Assembly: GCA_963663275.1 (NCBI GenBank)
Contig: OY760183.1
Location: 1,083,683-1,115,682 of the forward strand
Source: Chloroflexota bacterium
Lineage (GTDB): Bacteria; Chloroflexota; UBA11872; VXOZ01
DNA length: 32,000 nt
Direction of reading: 5' to 3'
The translations under genes were made by a program, and so were the position numbers. How positions within the stretch are numbered: the first letter of the stretch is position 1; each line of letters starts with the position of its first letter. Shown here one piece after another: positions 31,114 through 32,000 of this stretch. A model generated the notes under the pieces. The model was not told where the DNA came from and did not search any database. It saw nothing but the letters and a program-made list of their open reading frames with translations.

Positions 31114-31278
31114 GGGGCACAAGCCCCCGCGCTACGGCTTGAACTGGATTACCACAAGGGCGGGGAAGGCTACCGGTCCCCGTAGGGGCGGTTCGCGAAC
31201 CGCCCCTACCGCGTGGTGCGATGCGGGGGGCAAGTTCTCGCGCTGCGGTGCGATGCGGGGGACAAGCCCCCGCGCTAC
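31114..31278. repeat. Cluster of REP elements (family A x3 including one degenerate copy, family C x1)
   Basis: ggggcacaagcccccgcgctac (31114-31135). cgtaggggcggttcgcgaaccgcccctac (31181-31209). Degenerate ggggggcaagttctcgcgctgcgg (31225-31248). gggggacaagcccccgcgctac (31257-31278). Confidence 0.85.
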
Positions 31279-31287
31279 GGTGATGGG

Positions 31288-32000
31288 TTATCCTGAGGCT
31301 TGATCGAAGGCATCGCTGAAGAAGGCGGCCACGCGGTCCACGTAGGGCGCGCCCACCGTGGCGTGGGAGCGGCCGTGGCCGGCGTCGGGCACGATCCAGA
31401 TCTCCTTCGGCCCGGCGGCGGCTAGGTAGAGTTGGTAGGCGTCCTGCACGTAGACCACGTCATCTTCCGTGCCGTGAATGATAAGCAGCGGGCACGGGGC
31501 GGTCCGCGCGACGCGCGTCAACGGCTGCACCGCATTGAGCACCTCATCGCGTCTTTCACCGGCAAAGCGGCTGGCAAACCAGACCGTGGGCGCGCGAAAG
31601 ATCGAGGGCGGCAGACCGGCGATGCGCCGGAAGCCGTGGTCGATGGCGCCTCGCAGCGTGGCAAACGCGCTATCGGTCACCAGGGCGCGCACGCCGAGGC
31701 TTGGCTCGAGCGTAAGCAGCGCCGTGGCCCCGCCCATGGAGACGCCGTACACGCCGATGCGGTCCGGGTCCACGTCCGGCCGTGACCGGAGATAGGCCAA
31801 CGCTCCTCGCAGGTCGCTCTGCTCCCGCAATCCCAACGTGGTCGCTTCGCCTTCGCTCGCCCCGCAGCCGCGAAAGTCCAGCAGCAGGCTCTGGAAGCCC
31901 CGTTGGTAGAGGTCGTACGCCAGGTGCACCAGGCCGAAGTGGTTCGTGCCGAAGCCGTGCAGCAGCAGCACCGTGCCCGGGGGCCGCGGATGCGCCAGAA
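31288..32000 (-). CDS. Alpha/beta-fold hydrolase (partial; N-terminus beyond the window end)
   Basis: The frame stays open to base 32000 (...PRPPGTVLLLHGFG). Nucleophile elbow GVSMGG, HGTEDDVV, and DAGHG near the C-terminus. Stop TAA at 31288-31290. Confidence 0.85.
   Translation of the reverse strand, partial: LAHPRPPGTVLLLHGFGTNHFGLVHLAYDLYQRGFQSLLLDFRGCGASEGEATTLGLREQSDLRGALAYLRSRPDVDPDRIGVYGVSMGGATALLTLEPSLGVRALVTDSAFATLRGAIDHGFRRIAGLPPSIFRAPTVWFASRFAGERRDEVLNAVQPLTRVARTAPCPLLIIHGTEDDVVYVQDAYQLYLAAAGPKEIWIVPDAGHGRSHATVGAPYVDRVAAFFSDAFDQASG

Overview
GC-rich, gene-dense bacterial chromosomal window; 60-nt spot counts give about 60-68% G+C in host-like genes. Gene content and repeat style resemble Chloroflexota-type genomes, but that is inference only. 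Left third: a sugar/amino-sugar-type metabolic cluster (sulfatase-like hydrolase, 598-aa NodB-motif protein, DegT-family aminotransferase, MR/MLE enolase-superfamily enzyme, Gfo/Idh/MocA oxidoreductase). Three lower-GC patches carrying orphan genes interrupt it. The most notable patch is a tightly coupled two-gene cassette plus a small membrane protein at 4191-5859, which is my best candidate for an undescribed system. An 824-aa secreted protein built from five Cys-pair modules and Pro/Thr linkers lies at 9365-11839. Centre: about 1 kb of higher-order tandem arrays of two REP-like hairpin families (13167-14155), followed by an IS4-family IS inserted inside a REP copy. Next comes a sulfur-trafficking neighbourhood: yeeE/yeeD-like pair, membrane protein, tRNA-Pro(GGG), LarE-like PP-loop sulfur transferase, Uma2 endonuclease, JAMM peptidase, MoeB/ThiF E1-like enzyme and an Rrf2 regulator. 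No ThiS/MoaD-type carrier gene is present there. Right third: Zn-ribbon-NYN-TPR protein, shikimate genes aroE and aroC-aroK-aroB (aroK has no canonical start codon), YciI-like protein, aldo/keto reductase and a partial alpha/beta hydrolase. At least seven families of palindromic repeats or MITE-like elements occupy many of the intergenic gaps. No rRNA gene and no CRISPR array were seen. Many long ORFs in the six-frame track are antisense or out-of-frame shadows typical of high-GC DNA and were not called.
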